64,000 nucleotides of DNA from Gemmatimonadota bacterium (GCA_965116475.1 OZ220691.1:1152001-1216000), one strand, 5' to 3'; numbered from the stretch's first letter, positions 29,387-39,048 are shown. The notes: generated by a model from the letters alone, not told the origin. Program-made: numbers and translations.

Positions 29387-30133
29387 GTGAAGTACCGATT
29401 CAGACAGTCCTCGCTGGCGGCCGTCCTCGCCGTCATCGGGGGAGCCTGGGCGGCCGAAGCGCTCGCGGCGCAGGACTTTCTCTTCGGGCGTCCCTCCATC
29501 ACGTTCGGCGCCCGAATCGGGTACGCGATACCCCGCGCGGACAGCGATATCTTCGATTTCACGCGCAGGGAACTGACGGTCGAGAAGAAGGATTTCAACG
29601 CCCTGGCGCTCGGCGCCGACCTCGGCATCCGGCTCTCCGATCGCATCGATCTTGCGCTGGGCCTCGGGTACGAGAACAGCGAAATCGACTCCGAGTCCCG
29701 GGAGTTCATCGGCACCGACGACCTGCCGATCGTGCAGACGACGGATTTCCGCCGGGTCCCGTTCACCATCGGCCTGAAGGCCTACCTCACGGAGCGGGGA
29801 CGGAGGATCAGCAATCTCGCCTGGATTCCGGGCAAGTTCGCTCCCTTCGTCGGCGGCGGCATCGGCTTCATGTGGTACGAATTCGAGCAGGAAGGCGAAT
29901 TCGTCGACTACGAGACGCTCGACATCTTCTACGACTACTTCTCGTCCCGTGACGGATCCGCGCTCGCCTACGCGACGGCCGGATTCGACTACTCGCTCGG
30001 GCTACGGTGGATTTTGACCGCCGAAGCCCGTTATTCTTGGGCCAGCGCGGATATGAGCCAGGGTTTCGTCGGGTTCGACAAGATCGACCTGACCGGACTT
30101 CGCGCCGCGTTCGGCATCTCGGTACGGCTGTAA
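29387..30133 (+). CDS. Outer-membrane beta-barrel protein
   Basis: Signal peptide; alternating beta-strand pattern; PFVGGGIG; C-terminal FGISVRL. Confidence 0.75.
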   Translation: MKYRFRQSSLAAVLAVIGGAWAAEALAAQDFLFGRPSITFGARIGYAIPRADSDIFDFTRRELTVEKKDFNALALGADLGIRLSDRIDLALGLGYENSEIDSESREFIGTDDLPIVQTTDFRRVPFTIGLKAYLTERGRRISNLAWIPGKFAPFVGGGIGFMWYEFEQEGEFVDYETLDIFYDYFSSRDGSALAYATAGFDYSLGLRWILTAEARYSWASADMSQGFVGFDKIDLTGLRAAFGISVRL

Positions 30134-30151
30134 ACCTCGAGGTAGGGTCAC

Positions 30152-31333
30152 ATGATGGAACAGCGAACTGCTGGAATCGGCTCCGCTCTTTTTGTAGCGG
30201 CCGGCATGATGCTCGCGGCCGGACCGCTGTCGACCGCGGCGGCGCAGGAGATGGATGAACGCTGGCTCGCCTGGATGGGTTGCTGGCAGCCCGTTCGTAC
30301 GGCAACGAGCGCGGACGCACCCGAATCGCTGCTCTGCTTCCGGCCGAGCGCGGAGGAGACCGGCGTCGAGATGATCGCGGTCGAAGACGGCGAGATCGCG
30401 GCCCGGGAAGTCGTGCGGGCGGACGGACAGCCCCGCGACGCGACCCTGGACGGCTGTAACGGATCCCGTCGCGCGGTCTTCGCCTCGCGTCCGGGCCGGG
30501 TGTTCATGGATGTGGACCAGGTCTGCGAGGGCGGCGTCGACCGATCGTCGAGCGGCATGTTCGCGATGATCTCATCCGACGCCTGGATCGACGCGCGAGT
30601 CGTCACGGTCGGCGGCGAGAAGCTGACGTGGGTGACGCGATACCGGCTGGCCACGCAGAGCCAGGCCGAGGCCGTCGGCCTGGGTGAGATCGCGGCCGAC
30701 CGGAGCCTGGCCGTGCGCTCGTTGCGGCTCGCGGCGTCCGGAGGGTATTCGGTCGCGGACATCATCGAGGCTCAGGCTCATGTGGATCCCGAGGCCGTGG
30801 AGGCCTGGATCGTCGAACACGAGACGCCCCTCGCGGTCGACGCCGACCGGCTCGTCCAGCTCGCCAATGCCGGCGTGTCCGAGGGCGTCATCGACATGAT
30901 GGTCGCGCGGAGCTATCCGGAGCGCTTCGCGGTGTCCACGGGCGGCGACGGCGTCGCACAGCCCTGGAGCGGCGCGGGCGGATACTACGACCCGTTCTAC
31001 GGGGGTTACGGCTGGGGTTATCCCTACCGCCCCCGCTTCGGCTACCGGTACGGTTACGGCTACTCGCCCTTCGGTTACGGCGGCTACTCGCCCTTCGGTT
31101 ATGGGTACGGGTACGGGTACGGCTATGGCTACGGTCCGACGATCATCCGCACGGAGCCCGCGAACAGCGGCGGCCGGGTGATCAACGGGCGGGGCTACAG
31201 CAGCGGAACGTCCAGAATCGGAACACGGCCGATGGGGTCCTCGCGGGGGACGGCGTCGATCGGTTCCTCCTCCTCGGGCTCGACAGGGCGGTCGACGGGA
31301 CGGACCGCGCGGCGGCGTGGCGGCGGTTCCTGA
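30152..31333 (+). CDS. Exported hypothetical protein with Gly/Tyr-rich and Ser/Arg-rich C-terminal tail
   Basis: Signal peptide; WLAWMGCW; YGYG repeats; basic C-terminus. Confidence 0.75.
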   Translation: MMEQRTAGIGSALFVAAGMMLAAGPLSTAAAQEMDERWLAWMGCWQPVRTATSADAPESLLCFRPSAEETGVEMIAVEDGEIAAREVVRADGQPRDATLDGCNGSRRAVFASRPGRVFMDVDQVCEGGVDRSSSGMFAMISSDAWIDARVVTVGGEKLTWVTRYRLATQSQAEAVGLGEIAADRSLAVRSLRLAASGGYSVADIIEAQAHVDPEAVEAWIVEHETPLAVDADRLVQLANAGVSEGVIDMMVARSYPERFAVSTGGDGVAQPWSGAGGYYDPFYGGYGWGYPYRPRFGYRYGYGYSPFGYGGYSPFGYGYGYGYGYGYGPTIIRTEPANSGGRVINGRGYSSGTSRIGTRPMGSSRGTASIGSSSSGSTGRSTGRTARRRGGGS

Positions 31334-31364
31334 GACCCACTGCCCGACCCAGCCGACAGCTTTC

Positions 31365-31392
31365 GAAAGGGCCCGGTCTTCCGGGCCCTTTC
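31365..31392. terminator. Rho-independent terminator hairpin
   Basis: GAAAGGGCCCGG-tctt-CCGGGCCCTTTC perfect 12-bp stem about 30 nt after the stop. Confidence 0.75.
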
Positions 31393-31474
31393 CCGTTTCA
31401 CGTCTCGCGCCCGGAGGTCCGGAACCGCAGATTGGCGATGCGGTCGATTCCGATGCCGGCACCGAGGAGGAACG

Positions 31475-32563
31475 ATGAACGTGAACCGACCCGCCGCGCG
31501 CCCCTTCACCTACGTCGCGATCGGCGTCCTCGGACTCGCTGCTGCTGCCGCGGTCCTCATTCAGCCCGACGCGGCCCGCACGCAGACCACGTCCGGCGGA
31601 TGGGAGCCCCCGCTCACCGCGCACGGCCATCCCGACCTGCAGGGGAACTGGACCAACCAGACGCTGACGCCCTTCGAACGTCCGGAAGGCCAGGGACCCG
31701 TGCTGAGCCCGGACGAAGTCGCGACGATAGAGAGTGGACAGGCGCTGACCGTCGCCGAACGGACGGCACCCGTAGACCCGGACCGGCCGCTGCCGCCGGG
31801 GGGTGAGCACCGGGTCTGCATCGATGGGGCCACAACCTGTTACGACGAGTTCTACCGCGAGCCGGGCGAACGCGTGGCGATCGTGCACGGCGAGCCGCGC
31901 AGTTCCCTCGTCACCGACCCGCCGGACGGACGGATCCCGGACCTCACGCCGGAGGCCCGGCGGCGGCTGGAGGAGGCGGCGGAGTTCCGCGGCAGATTCG
32001 GCCAGTACGACCACCCGGAACTTCGGCCGCTCGCGGAACGCTGCATCGTATCGTTCGGATCCAGCGCCGGGCCGCCGATGCTCCCCAATTACTGGTATAA
32101 CAACAGTTACACCATCGCGCAGAACGAGGACTTCGTCGTGATCATGGCGGAGATGGTGCACGACGCGCGGATCATCCCCATCCACGACCCGCGGGAGCCG
32201 CTCGAAAGCCGGCCCGAACCGGAGCACGTCACGCCGTGGTTCGGAAGTTCGGTCGGCTGGTGGGAGGACGGCACGCTCGTCGTCGAGACGACCAACCTGA
32301 ACCCGGAACACGCGTTCCGGGGGGTGCCGCCCTCGAAGGACCGGAAGGTCGTCGAGCGCTTCACGCGCGTGGACGAGGAGACGATCCTCTACGAGTTCAC
32401 GATCGACGATCCCGCGGTGTACACGAGCCCCTGGGGCGGACAGGTCCCCTTCAAGCGCTTCGACCATCTGCTCTACGAGTACGCGTGCCACGAGGGCAAC
32501 TACGCCATGTTCAACGTGTTGAGCGGCGCGCGCTACCAGGAGCGGGTCGGGGGGAATCCGTAG
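31475..32563 (+). CDS. Conserved exported hypothetical protein
   Basis: Signal peptide; GHPDLQGNW, DPPDGRIP, GSSVGWWEDGTLVVET, YEYACHEGNY motifs; AGGAGG RBS. Confidence 0.8.
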   Translation: MNVNRPAARPFTYVAIGVLGLAAAAAVLIQPDAARTQTTSGGWEPPLTAHGHPDLQGNWTNQTLTPFERPEGQGPVLSPDEVATIESGQALTVAERTAPVDPDRPLPPGGEHRVCIDGATTCYDEFYREPGERVAIVHGEPRSSLVTDPPDGRIPDLTPEARRRLEEAAEFRGRFGQYDHPELRPLAERCIVSFGSSAGPPMLPNYWYNNSYTIAQNEDFVVIMAEMVHDARIIPIHDPREPLESRPEPEHVTPWFGSSVGWWEDGTLVVETTNLNPEHAFRGVPPSKDRKVVERFTRVDEETILYEFTIDDPAVYTSPWGGQVPFKRFDHLLYEYACHEGNYAMFNVLSGARYQERVGGNP

Positions 32564-32580
32564 CCCGCTCGCCGGGTCGC

Positions 32581-33714
32581 CTGTGCTCGCTCGCCGCCGC
32601 GCTGGCGGTCGCGGGCTGCGCCGCCGATCATCCGCCGGAGAGCGCGGCCGAAGCGGAGCGCGCCCCGGCCGGGGTGCTCGGCCTGCGTCCGGGCCCTTCG
32701 CCCGATCGATCCTCTCCTGACTGGGAGCCGCCCGTGAAAGTTGTCGTCGCCGATCTGTGGCCCGGCCGCACGGCCGAACTCGCGGAGGTCGCACCGGGCG
32801 TGGACCTCGTCGTCGTCGGAGACGGGCAGGCCGCGGCGGCCGAGGCGCACGACGCCGACGCGGTCCTCGGCGTGCTGAACGCGGACATCCTCGCCGCCGG
32901 CGACCGGCTCCGCTGGGTGCAGCTCGCCTCGGCGGGCGTCGAACGCTACCTCGCGCTGCCGGGGCTCTCCGACGCCGAGGATCTCGTCATCACGAACGCC
33001 CAGCGGATCTTCGCCCCCGGCGGCGCGGAGCACGCGCTCGGCATGGCGCTCATGCTGGCGCGACGGTTCCACACCGCGCTCGACCTGCAGCGTGAGCGGC
33101 GCTGGGACATCCGGCCGCTGACCGGACCCTCCCCCTACCGCGGCGAGGGGAGCGAACTGCTCGAACTCCGCCGCCGCACCATGCTCGTCATCGGACTCGG
33201 CGGGATCGGGACGGAAACCGCCCGCATCGCGCACGGGATCGGCATGCGGGTCATCGCCACGCGGAACAGCAGCCGGGAGGGACCGGACTTCGTGGAGAAG
33301 GTCGGGCTGGCGTCGGAACTCCTGGACCTGGTTCCCGAAGCCGACGTCATCGTGAACGCCCTGCCTCTGACGCCGGAGACGGAAGGGGTCATCGACGACG
33401 CCTTCTTCGCCGCGACGCGGCCGACCGCGCTCTACATCACGCTGGGACGCGGGCGCACGACGAACACGGGGGCGCTCGTGCGCGCGCTTAGGGAGGGCCG
33501 GATCGCGGGCGCGGGTCTCGACGTGGTGGACCCTGAGCCGCTCCCTCCGGAACACGTCCTCTGGTCGATGCCGAACGTGATCATCACGCCGCACCTGGGC
33601 GGCGACTCCGATGAGCACATGGAGCGGATGTGGACCCTCTTCCGCGAGAACCTGCGGCGTTTCGCGGCCGGCGACCGGCTCCTCGCGGTCGTCGACCGGC
33701 AGCGCGGCTACTAG
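32581..33714 (+). CDS. D-2-hydroxyacid dehydrogenase (NAD-dependent); start uncertain
   Basis: SAGVE, GLGGIG, LPLTPET, GRG, LDV..PEPL and TPH motifs; lipobox-like LAVAGC; first canonical start downstream of the previous gene is GTG 32734. Confidence 0.82.
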   Translation: MCSLAAALAVAGCAADHPPESAAEAERAPAGVLGLRPGPSPDRSSPDWEPPVKVVVADLWPGRTAELAEVAPGVDLVVVGDGQAAAAEAHDADAVLGVLNADILAAGDRLRWVQLASAGVERYLALPGLSDAEDLVITNAQRIFAPGGAEHALGMALMLARRFHTALDLQRERRWDIRPLTGPSPYRGEGSELLELRRRTMLVIGLGGIGTETARIAHGIGMRVIATRNSSREGPDFVEKVGLASELLDLVPEADVIVNALPLTPETEGVIDDAFFAATRPTALYITLGRGRTTNTGALVRALREGRIAGAGLDVVDPEPLPPEHVLWSMPNVIITPHLGGDSDEHMERMWTLFRENLRRFAAGDRLLAVVDRQRGY

Positions 33715-33762
33715 CCTGGCCGGCGGGCCTCCCTGAAGCCGGATCCCGGGTGCGGTTTCCCG

Positions 33763-34635
33763 CTATCCGCCCCGGACCTGGAACGTGAGCGTGGCCCAGT
33801 TCGACTCGTAGTCGATATCCGCTTCCGACGGCGTCTCGACCATGTGAATCGTCCGGATGTACCACCGACCCCCGCCGACGAGCGGGATCGTCGCGACGCC
33901 ATCGCCGTTCGTGCGAACCTCGACCGCCTCGTTGTGTGCACCGGTATCGTCGTGCGAATGGGGGTTGAATTCGTAGTTCGCGTAGAGGAGCGCGTCCTCG
34001 ACCGGTTCGCCCGCGCGCAGGAAGCGCACATCGAGTTCGTCGCCGACGACGAGATCGTACGGATTCCGGAGCGGGATGATCTCCACCGGATAGCCGAGTT
34101 CCGTCGCCCACTCATCGCTCCGGTCGTCGCCTACCTGGACGATCGCCTTCACGTGTTTGCTGTAGCGCTCGGCCGCGTCGTCGTTCGACTTCCCGGCCGC
34201 CTCGCGCTCGGCGAGCTCGTCGACGAGGCCCTCGTGGACCAGGTATTCGTTGAACTCCGCCCCCGTGAGCGGGATCACGCGCGCCGCCGTCGACACGCCG
34301 ATCGTGTAGGTCCCGGCCGAGCCCGTCTCGAAGGTCAGCAGCGCGGTGTCGACGCTGTCCGCGTGCCAGTGGAACATCGCCGTATCGCGCCACGCCTCCG
34401 TGGGCGGGTGCACGACGCCATCCGGTCCCACGATGCTCACGTCGAGCATCCGGTCGCGCGTGATGTGGTTCTCGCTCTCGTCGAAGTCTCCGTTGAAGAG
34501 CGCAACGATGTTCGTGGAGTTCGGCTCGAGGAAGAAGCTCTCGAGCTTCAGGAACATCGTGTGCGCCCGCGCCGTCGCGACGATGGCGACGGTGAGCAGG
34601 CCAGTCGTAAGCAGGACGCGGCGTCCGATCTTCAT
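33763..34635 (-). CDS. DUF4198 (NikM-like, putative Ni/Co-binding) exported protein
   Basis: Signal ending ARA-H; FNEYLVHEGL, ERYSKHVKA, EIIPLRNPY, YESNWATLTF motifs. Confidence 0.82.
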   Translation of the reverse strand: MKIGRRVLLTTGLLTVAIVATARAHTMFLKLESFFLEPNSTNIVALFNGDFDESENHITRDRMLDVSIVGPDGVVHPPTEAWRDTAMFHWHADSVDTALLTFETGSAGTYTIGVSTAARVIPLTGAEFNEYLVHEGLVDELAEREAAGKSNDDAAERYSKHVKAIVQVGDDRSDEWATELGYPVEIIPLRNPYDLVVGDELDVRFLRAGEPVEDALLYANYEFNPHSHDDTGAHNEAVEVRTNGDGVATIPLVGGGRWYIRTIHMVETPSEADIDYESNWATLTFQVRGG

Positions 34636-34798
34636 TCCGAACCCTCCGGGGTCTCACTTTCCATCTTCCAGCCACGTCAAGAGAAGATGTACGGACCGAC
34701 GACGATTCGGCCATAGCCGATGTCCGTTGTCCCCGCAGCTGAAAGTGCCGATCATTGCCTCAGATCACGGCGGTCACGGCTCAACTCCGGGGGAACGA

Positions 34799-35464
34799 AT
34801 GACGCTTCGCATCAATGACACGGCGCCAGACTTCACGGCGGATACGACGCAGGGCAGGATCCGCTTCCACGACTGGATCGGGGACGGATGGGTCCTTCTC
34901 TTCTCCCATCCGAAGGACTTCACGCCCGTGTGCACGACGGAACTGGGGGCGGTGGCCGCGCTGCAGGACGCGTTCGCGGCGCGCAACTGCAAGATCATCG
35001 GGATCAGCGTCGACGGGGTGAGCGACCACGAGGCCTGGTCGAAGGACATCGAGGCCTCGCAGGGGCACGCCGTCGGCTACCCGCTGATCGGCGACCCGAG
35101 ACTCGAGATCGTCAAGGCGTACGACATGCTGCCGGCCGACGCGGGCGACACGTCCGCGGGCCGGACGCCGATGGACAACGCCACGGCGCGCTCGGTGTTC
35201 GTCATCGGCCCCGACAAGAAGATCAAGGCCACGCTCACCTACCCGATGAGCACGGGCCGCAACTTCGCCGAGATCCTCCGGCTGCTCGACTCGTGCCAGC
35301 TCACGGCCGAGAAGCAGCTCGCCACGCCGGCGAACTGGGAGCAGGGCGACGACGTGATCATCGCGCCAGCCGTCTCCGACGACGAGGCGCGGAAGCGGTT
35401 CCCGGCGGGCTGGGAGCAGCCGCTGCCCTACATCCGGATCGTCCCGCAGCCGCAGGACAGCTAG
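34799..35464 (+). CDS. 1-Cys peroxiredoxin (Prx6 family)
   Basis: FSHPKDFTPVCTTE, YPMSTGRNF, ATPANW motifs. Confidence 0.95.
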   Translation: MTLRINDTAPDFTADTTQGRIRFHDWIGDGWVLLFSHPKDFTPVCTTELGAVAALQDAFAARNCKIIGISVDGVSDHEAWSKDIEASQGHAVGYPLIGDPRLEIVKAYDMLPADAGDTSAGRTPMDNATARSVFVIGPDKKIKATLTYPMSTGRNFAEILRLLDSCQLTAEKQLATPANWEQGDDVIIAPAVSDDEARKRFPAGWEQPLPYIRIVPQPQDS

Positions 35465-35467
35465 CCT

Positions 35468-36916
35468 TTGTCGCACGCCGTGACACAAACCGCTGCACGA
35501 GCCGGCGGGGGGCTTCTCCTCGCCGGCCTGCTCCTGTCGTCGTGCTCGCCCGGTTCCGACGCGGGCGACACAGTCTCGGAAGGCGGCCGGCTCCTGATCG
35601 ACGGTGGCACGGTCGTCGTCATGGACGAGGCGGGCACCGTCCTCGAGCGCGGTGCGGTACTCGTGGAGGGGGACCGGATCTCCGCCGTCCTCGACGGTGA
35701 CGCTCCCCGCCCCGCCGGCGTGCCGGTACTCGACGCGACGGGGCACCTCGTGATCCCCGGCCTCGTGAACACGCACGGCCACGCCGCCATGTCGCTCCTC
35801 CGAGGCCTCGCGGACGACATGCCGCTGATGACCTGGCTGAACGAGCACATCTTCCCCGCCGAGGCCGAACTGGTCGATTCCGAGTTCGTCTACTGGGGCA
35901 CGCTGCTCTCGTCCATCGAGATGCTGAAGAGCGGGACGACGACGTTCGCGGACATGTACTACTTCCGGGATGACGCGGCGCGCGCGGTCGTCGATGCGGG
36001 CATCCGGGCCGTCATGGGCCCGCACGTCATCGGCTTCCCCGCCCCGGACTTCGCCTCGCCGGCGGCGACGCTGGCCGACGCGGCCGGGTTCATGGAGACG
36101 TATCGCGACCACCCCACGCTGGTTCCCGGAACGGCCGCCCACTCGCTGTACACGACATCCCTCGACGACGCGCGAGCCGCGCTGCGCTTGGCCCTCGACC
36201 ACGATGCTCCGTTTCAGATCCACACGGCCGAGGACGCGAGCGAGTTCGCGACGGCGACGGAACGGACCGGGATGGGCGTGGTGGAGGCGCTCGAGTCCAT
36301 CGGCGCGCTCCGCCCGGGGACGGTGCTCGCCCACGCCATCTACCTTTCGGACGAGGACATCGAACGCATCGCGGCCGGGGGCGCGGGGGTCTCGCACAAC
36401 CCGCAGAGCAACCTCAAGCTGGGCATCCCGCAGGCGGCGCCGGTCGTGAGACTGCTCGCCGCGGGGATCCCCGTAGGGCTGGGAACCGACGGCCCGGCGA
36501 GCAACAACGACCTTGACCTGTTCGACGAGATGGACGCCGCCGCCAAGCTCCACAAGTTCACCAACGCCGACCCCACCGCGCTGCCGGCCGAGACCGTCTT
36601 CCGCATGGCCACAATGGGCGGCGCCCGCGTGCTCAACCTTCACGACCGCATCGGCTCGCTCGAGCCGGGAAAGCGCGCCGACATCGTGCTGCTCGACACC
36701 CGGCGCGCCGGACTCACACCCCTCTACAACGTCTATTCCCACCTCGTATACGCGGCGCGGGGGAGCGACGTCTCCACGGTCCTCGTGAACGGACGCGTCG
36801 TCGTCAGCGACGGTGAGGTGCTTACGGTGGACGAGGCGGAGGTCATGGGACGGGCACATACCTTCCGCGACCGGGTGCGGGCGGTCATCGCGCGGGTGGC
36901 CGAGGAGGCGCGATAA
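35468..36916 (+). CDS. MTA/SAH deaminase-like amidohydrolase with lipoprotein signal
   Basis: NTHGH, EMLKSGTT, HTAE, HNPQSNLKL, GTDGPASNN motifs; lipobox LSSC. Confidence 0.85.
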   Translation: MSHAVTQTAARAGGGLLLAGLLLSSCSPGSDAGDTVSEGGRLLIDGGTVVVMDEAGTVLERGAVLVEGDRISAVLDGDAPRPAGVPVLDATGHLVIPGLVNTHGHAAMSLLRGLADDMPLMTWLNEHIFPAEAELVDSEFVYWGTLLSSIEMLKSGTTTFADMYYFRDDAARAVVDAGIRAVMGPHVIGFPAPDFASPAATLADAAGFMETYRDHPTLVPGTAAHSLYTTSLDDARAALRLALDHDAPFQIHTAEDASEFATATERTGMGVVEALESIGALRPGTVLAHAIYLSDEDIERIAAGGAGVSHNPQSNLKLGIPQAAPVVRLLAAGIPVGLGTDGPASNNDLDLFDEMDAAAKLHKFTNADPTALPAETVFRMATMGGARVLNLHDRIGSLEPGKRADIVLLDTRRAGLTPLYNVYSHLVYAARGSDVSTVLVNGRVVVSDGEVLTVDEAEVMGRAHTFRDRVRAVIARVAEEAR

Positions 36917-36965
36917 CCTCTTCGGGCGGGGTACGGAAACCGGGAGTGGAGGCGAGCAGCCCGGG

Positions 36966-37586
36966 CTACGCTCCGCTCGCGTGTCCCGGCTGCGGCGGCG
37001 GCTCCCAGCCCGTCGCGGCGCGGCGCTCCTGCACGCAGCGCTTGAAGCGGAAGGCGTTCTCGGGCAGGGCGAAGTCCATCCCGTAATTGTCGGGACCCAC
37101 GGCGTCGACGCGCGCCACGATCACGCCGAGGTCGTCCCGCTCCATCGCCTCGACGAACGCTTCCCCGAACGCCATCGGCGAGTCCACGGCCACCGCGTGC
37201 TCGATCCCGGCCCCGCGCGCGATCGCGGCGAGGTCCGTGACGCCGGACGTGGTGTGCGACTCGAACCCTCCCGTCGAGAGGAGGCTCCCGTTGTCGAAGA
37301 TGATGTGGAGGAGGTTGCGGGGCCGGTAGCGCGCGAGCGTGGTGAAGGTGCCGAGGTTCATCAGCGCCGATCCGTCCCCGTCCAGCACGATCACCTTCTC
37401 GTGCGGCAGGTGGCTCGCGAGGCCGAGGCCGATCGACGAGGCGAGCCCCATCGCGTGCTGCAGGTAGAAGAAGTTCTCGCGGTGCCCAAGATCGTACAGC
37501 TCCTGGGCGCAGGCCCCCATAATCGTGACGACCAGCTTGTCCTCGATCTCGGGATAGATCAGCTCCAGGCAGTCCGCCCGCCGCAT
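36966..37586 (-). CDS. comE: Sulfopyruvate/phosphonopyruvate decarboxylase beta subunit-like (ThDP-binding)
   Basis: MGLASSIGLG; ThDP motif DGDGS...DN; STGG. Confidence 0.75.
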   Translation of the reverse strand: MRRADCLELIYPEIEDKLVVTIMGACAQELYDLGHRENFFYLQHAMGLASSIGLGLASHLPHEKVIVLDGDGSALMNLGTFTTLARYRPRNLLHIIFDNGSLLSTGGFESHTTSGVTDLAAIARGAGIEHAVAVDSPMAFGEAFVEAMERDDLGVIVARVDAVGPDNYGMDFALPENAFRFKRCVQERRAATGWEPPPQPGHASGA

Positions 37587-37623
37587 CAGGCCTCCATTTC
37601 CGGGCCGGATCCGCCGTCCCGCA

Positions 37624-38133
37624 TCACACCTCCATGAGGTCGCGCGTCAGCAGCAGCGCGACCGGCGAGAGCGAGCTCTGCGACAGCGTGTACGCCTCGG
37701 CGATCTCCTTCGCGACGAGCGCCGGATCTCTCGCGTGGTGGTAGGGGATGTTGAGCGCCTGAAGCAGACCCTCCGTCACGATCCCGCCACGCGTGTGCCA
37801 CGGGTACGGCTCGCCCCAGTGGCCCCGGACCGCGATGAGCATGCAGAGCGGGACGGAGTAGAGCTGGGCGAGGGAGATGATCCCGTTCATCGCCGCGAAG
37901 AAGCCGTGGTTCTGCATGAGCAGGATGTGCGGCTCGCCGGCGAAGTACGCCCCCGCCGCGACGCCGACCGCCTCCTCCTCCTTGGCGACCTGGATGAGAT
38001 CGACCTCGGGATCAACCTCGGCGCGCTGCAGGAGGAGGCCGAGCCAGGTCTCCGGCAGGGCGGAGATGCTGCGGATGCCGGCGGCCTTGATCCCGTCGAA
38101 CACGGCCTTCGAGTTCTCGTAGGAGACGGTCAT
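37624..38133 (-). CDS. comD: Sulfopyruvate decarboxylase alpha subunit-like
   Basis: LPETWL, KEEEAVGVAAGAY, LMQNHG and RG motifs; directly upstream of the comE-like gene. Confidence 0.75.
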   Translation of the reverse strand: MTVSYENSKAVFDGIKAAGIRSISALPETWLGLLLQRAEVDPEVDLIQVAKEEEAVGVAAGAYFAGEPHILLMQNHGFFAAMNGIISLAQLYSVPLCMLIAVRGHWGEPYPWHTRGGIVTEGLLQALNIPYHHARDPALVAKEIAEAYTLSQSSLSPVALLLTRDLMEV

Positions 38134-38262
38134 GGGCCGAAGGGTGCGCGGACGGCTCGGGCCGCGCAATCCCGCCCGCGCGGCGACCCGTCGCGCCAAA
38201 ACGGCGGGCAGGTTGCGCCACACAGCGGCCCGTGAACACCATGGACGCAACAAGGAGTGCGT

Positions 38263-39048
38263 ATGGACGAATCGGAAGGGCGGCCGGTCGACCGGCGCGG
38301 ATTCATCAAGGATGCGGCCGTGGGTGCGGCCGCGTTCGCCGCCCCGGGGAAGCTGATGGCCGAGCAGCCGGAGTCTCACGGGCACGACCACGGACACGGG
38401 CACGACCACGATCACGATCACGATCACGATCACGACCATCAGGACGTGCCGCCGGACATCGCGCTCCGGGTGCGGGCGCTGGAATCCGTCCTCGTGGAGA
38501 AGGGGATGGTGGATTCGGCGGCGCTGGACGAGATCGTCGACACGTACGAGAACCGGATCGGGCCGCGGAACGGGGCCGAGGTGGTCGCGCGCGCGTGGGT
38601 CGATCCCGCGTACCGCGAGCGCCTCCTCGCGGATGGGACCGCGGCGATCGGCGAACTCGGCTATCTGGGCGGCCAGGGCGAGCACATGAAGGTGGTGGCG
38701 AACACTCCGGACGTGCACAACCTCGTCGTCTGCACCCTGTGCTCGTGCTACCCGTGGCCGACGCTGGGCCTGCCCCCCGTGTGGTACAAGTCCGCCCCCT
38801 TCCGCGCGCGGGCGGTCATCGAGCCGCGCGCCGTCCTGAGCGAGTTCGGCCTCGACGTGCCCGAGGATGTCGAAATCCGCGTCTGGGACAGCACGGCGGA
38901 GATCCGTTATCTCGTGCTCCCGGAGCGGCCCGCCGGCACCGAGGAGATGAGCGAAGAGGAACTGGCGGGAATCGTCAGCCGCGACTCGATGATCGGCGTG
39001 GCCCGGGTCGAGGCGCCATCCGGAGGCGCGTCGGGAGGCGACCAGTGA
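38263..39048 (+). CDS. nthA: Cobalt-type nitrile hydratase alpha subunit with twin-arginine signal and His-rich tract
   Basis: VCTLCSCY metal site (38731-38751), [39 protein letters not shown] at 38290-38310; His tract at 38377-38439. Confidence 0.95.
   Translation: MDESEGRPVDRRGFIKDAAVGAAAFAAPGKLMAEQPESHGHDHGHGHDHDHDHDHDHDHQDVPPDIALRVRALESVLVEKGMVDSAALDEIVDTYENRIGPRNGAEVVARAWVDPAYRERLLADGTAAIGELGYLGGQGEHMKVVANTPDVHNLVVCTLCSCYPWPTLGLPPVWYKSAPFRARAVIEPRAVLSEFGLDVPEDVEIRVWDSTAEIRYLVLPERPAGTEEMSEEELAGIVSRDSMIGVARVEAPSGGASGGDQ
38377..38439 (+). repeat. CAC-GAY/GGR microsatellite encoding [21 protein letters not shown]
   Basis: 21 codons, 11 His, within nthA. Confidence 0.95.

Noticed and set aside
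26053..29769. 1238-aa minus-strand ORF
   Set aside because: Antisense shadow of the PQQ dehydrogenase and Ig-like genes, typical of high-GC DNA.
36966..38133. Coenzyme M biosynthesis
   Set aside because: No comA/B/C-like genes in the window; ComDE homologs also serve other pathways.
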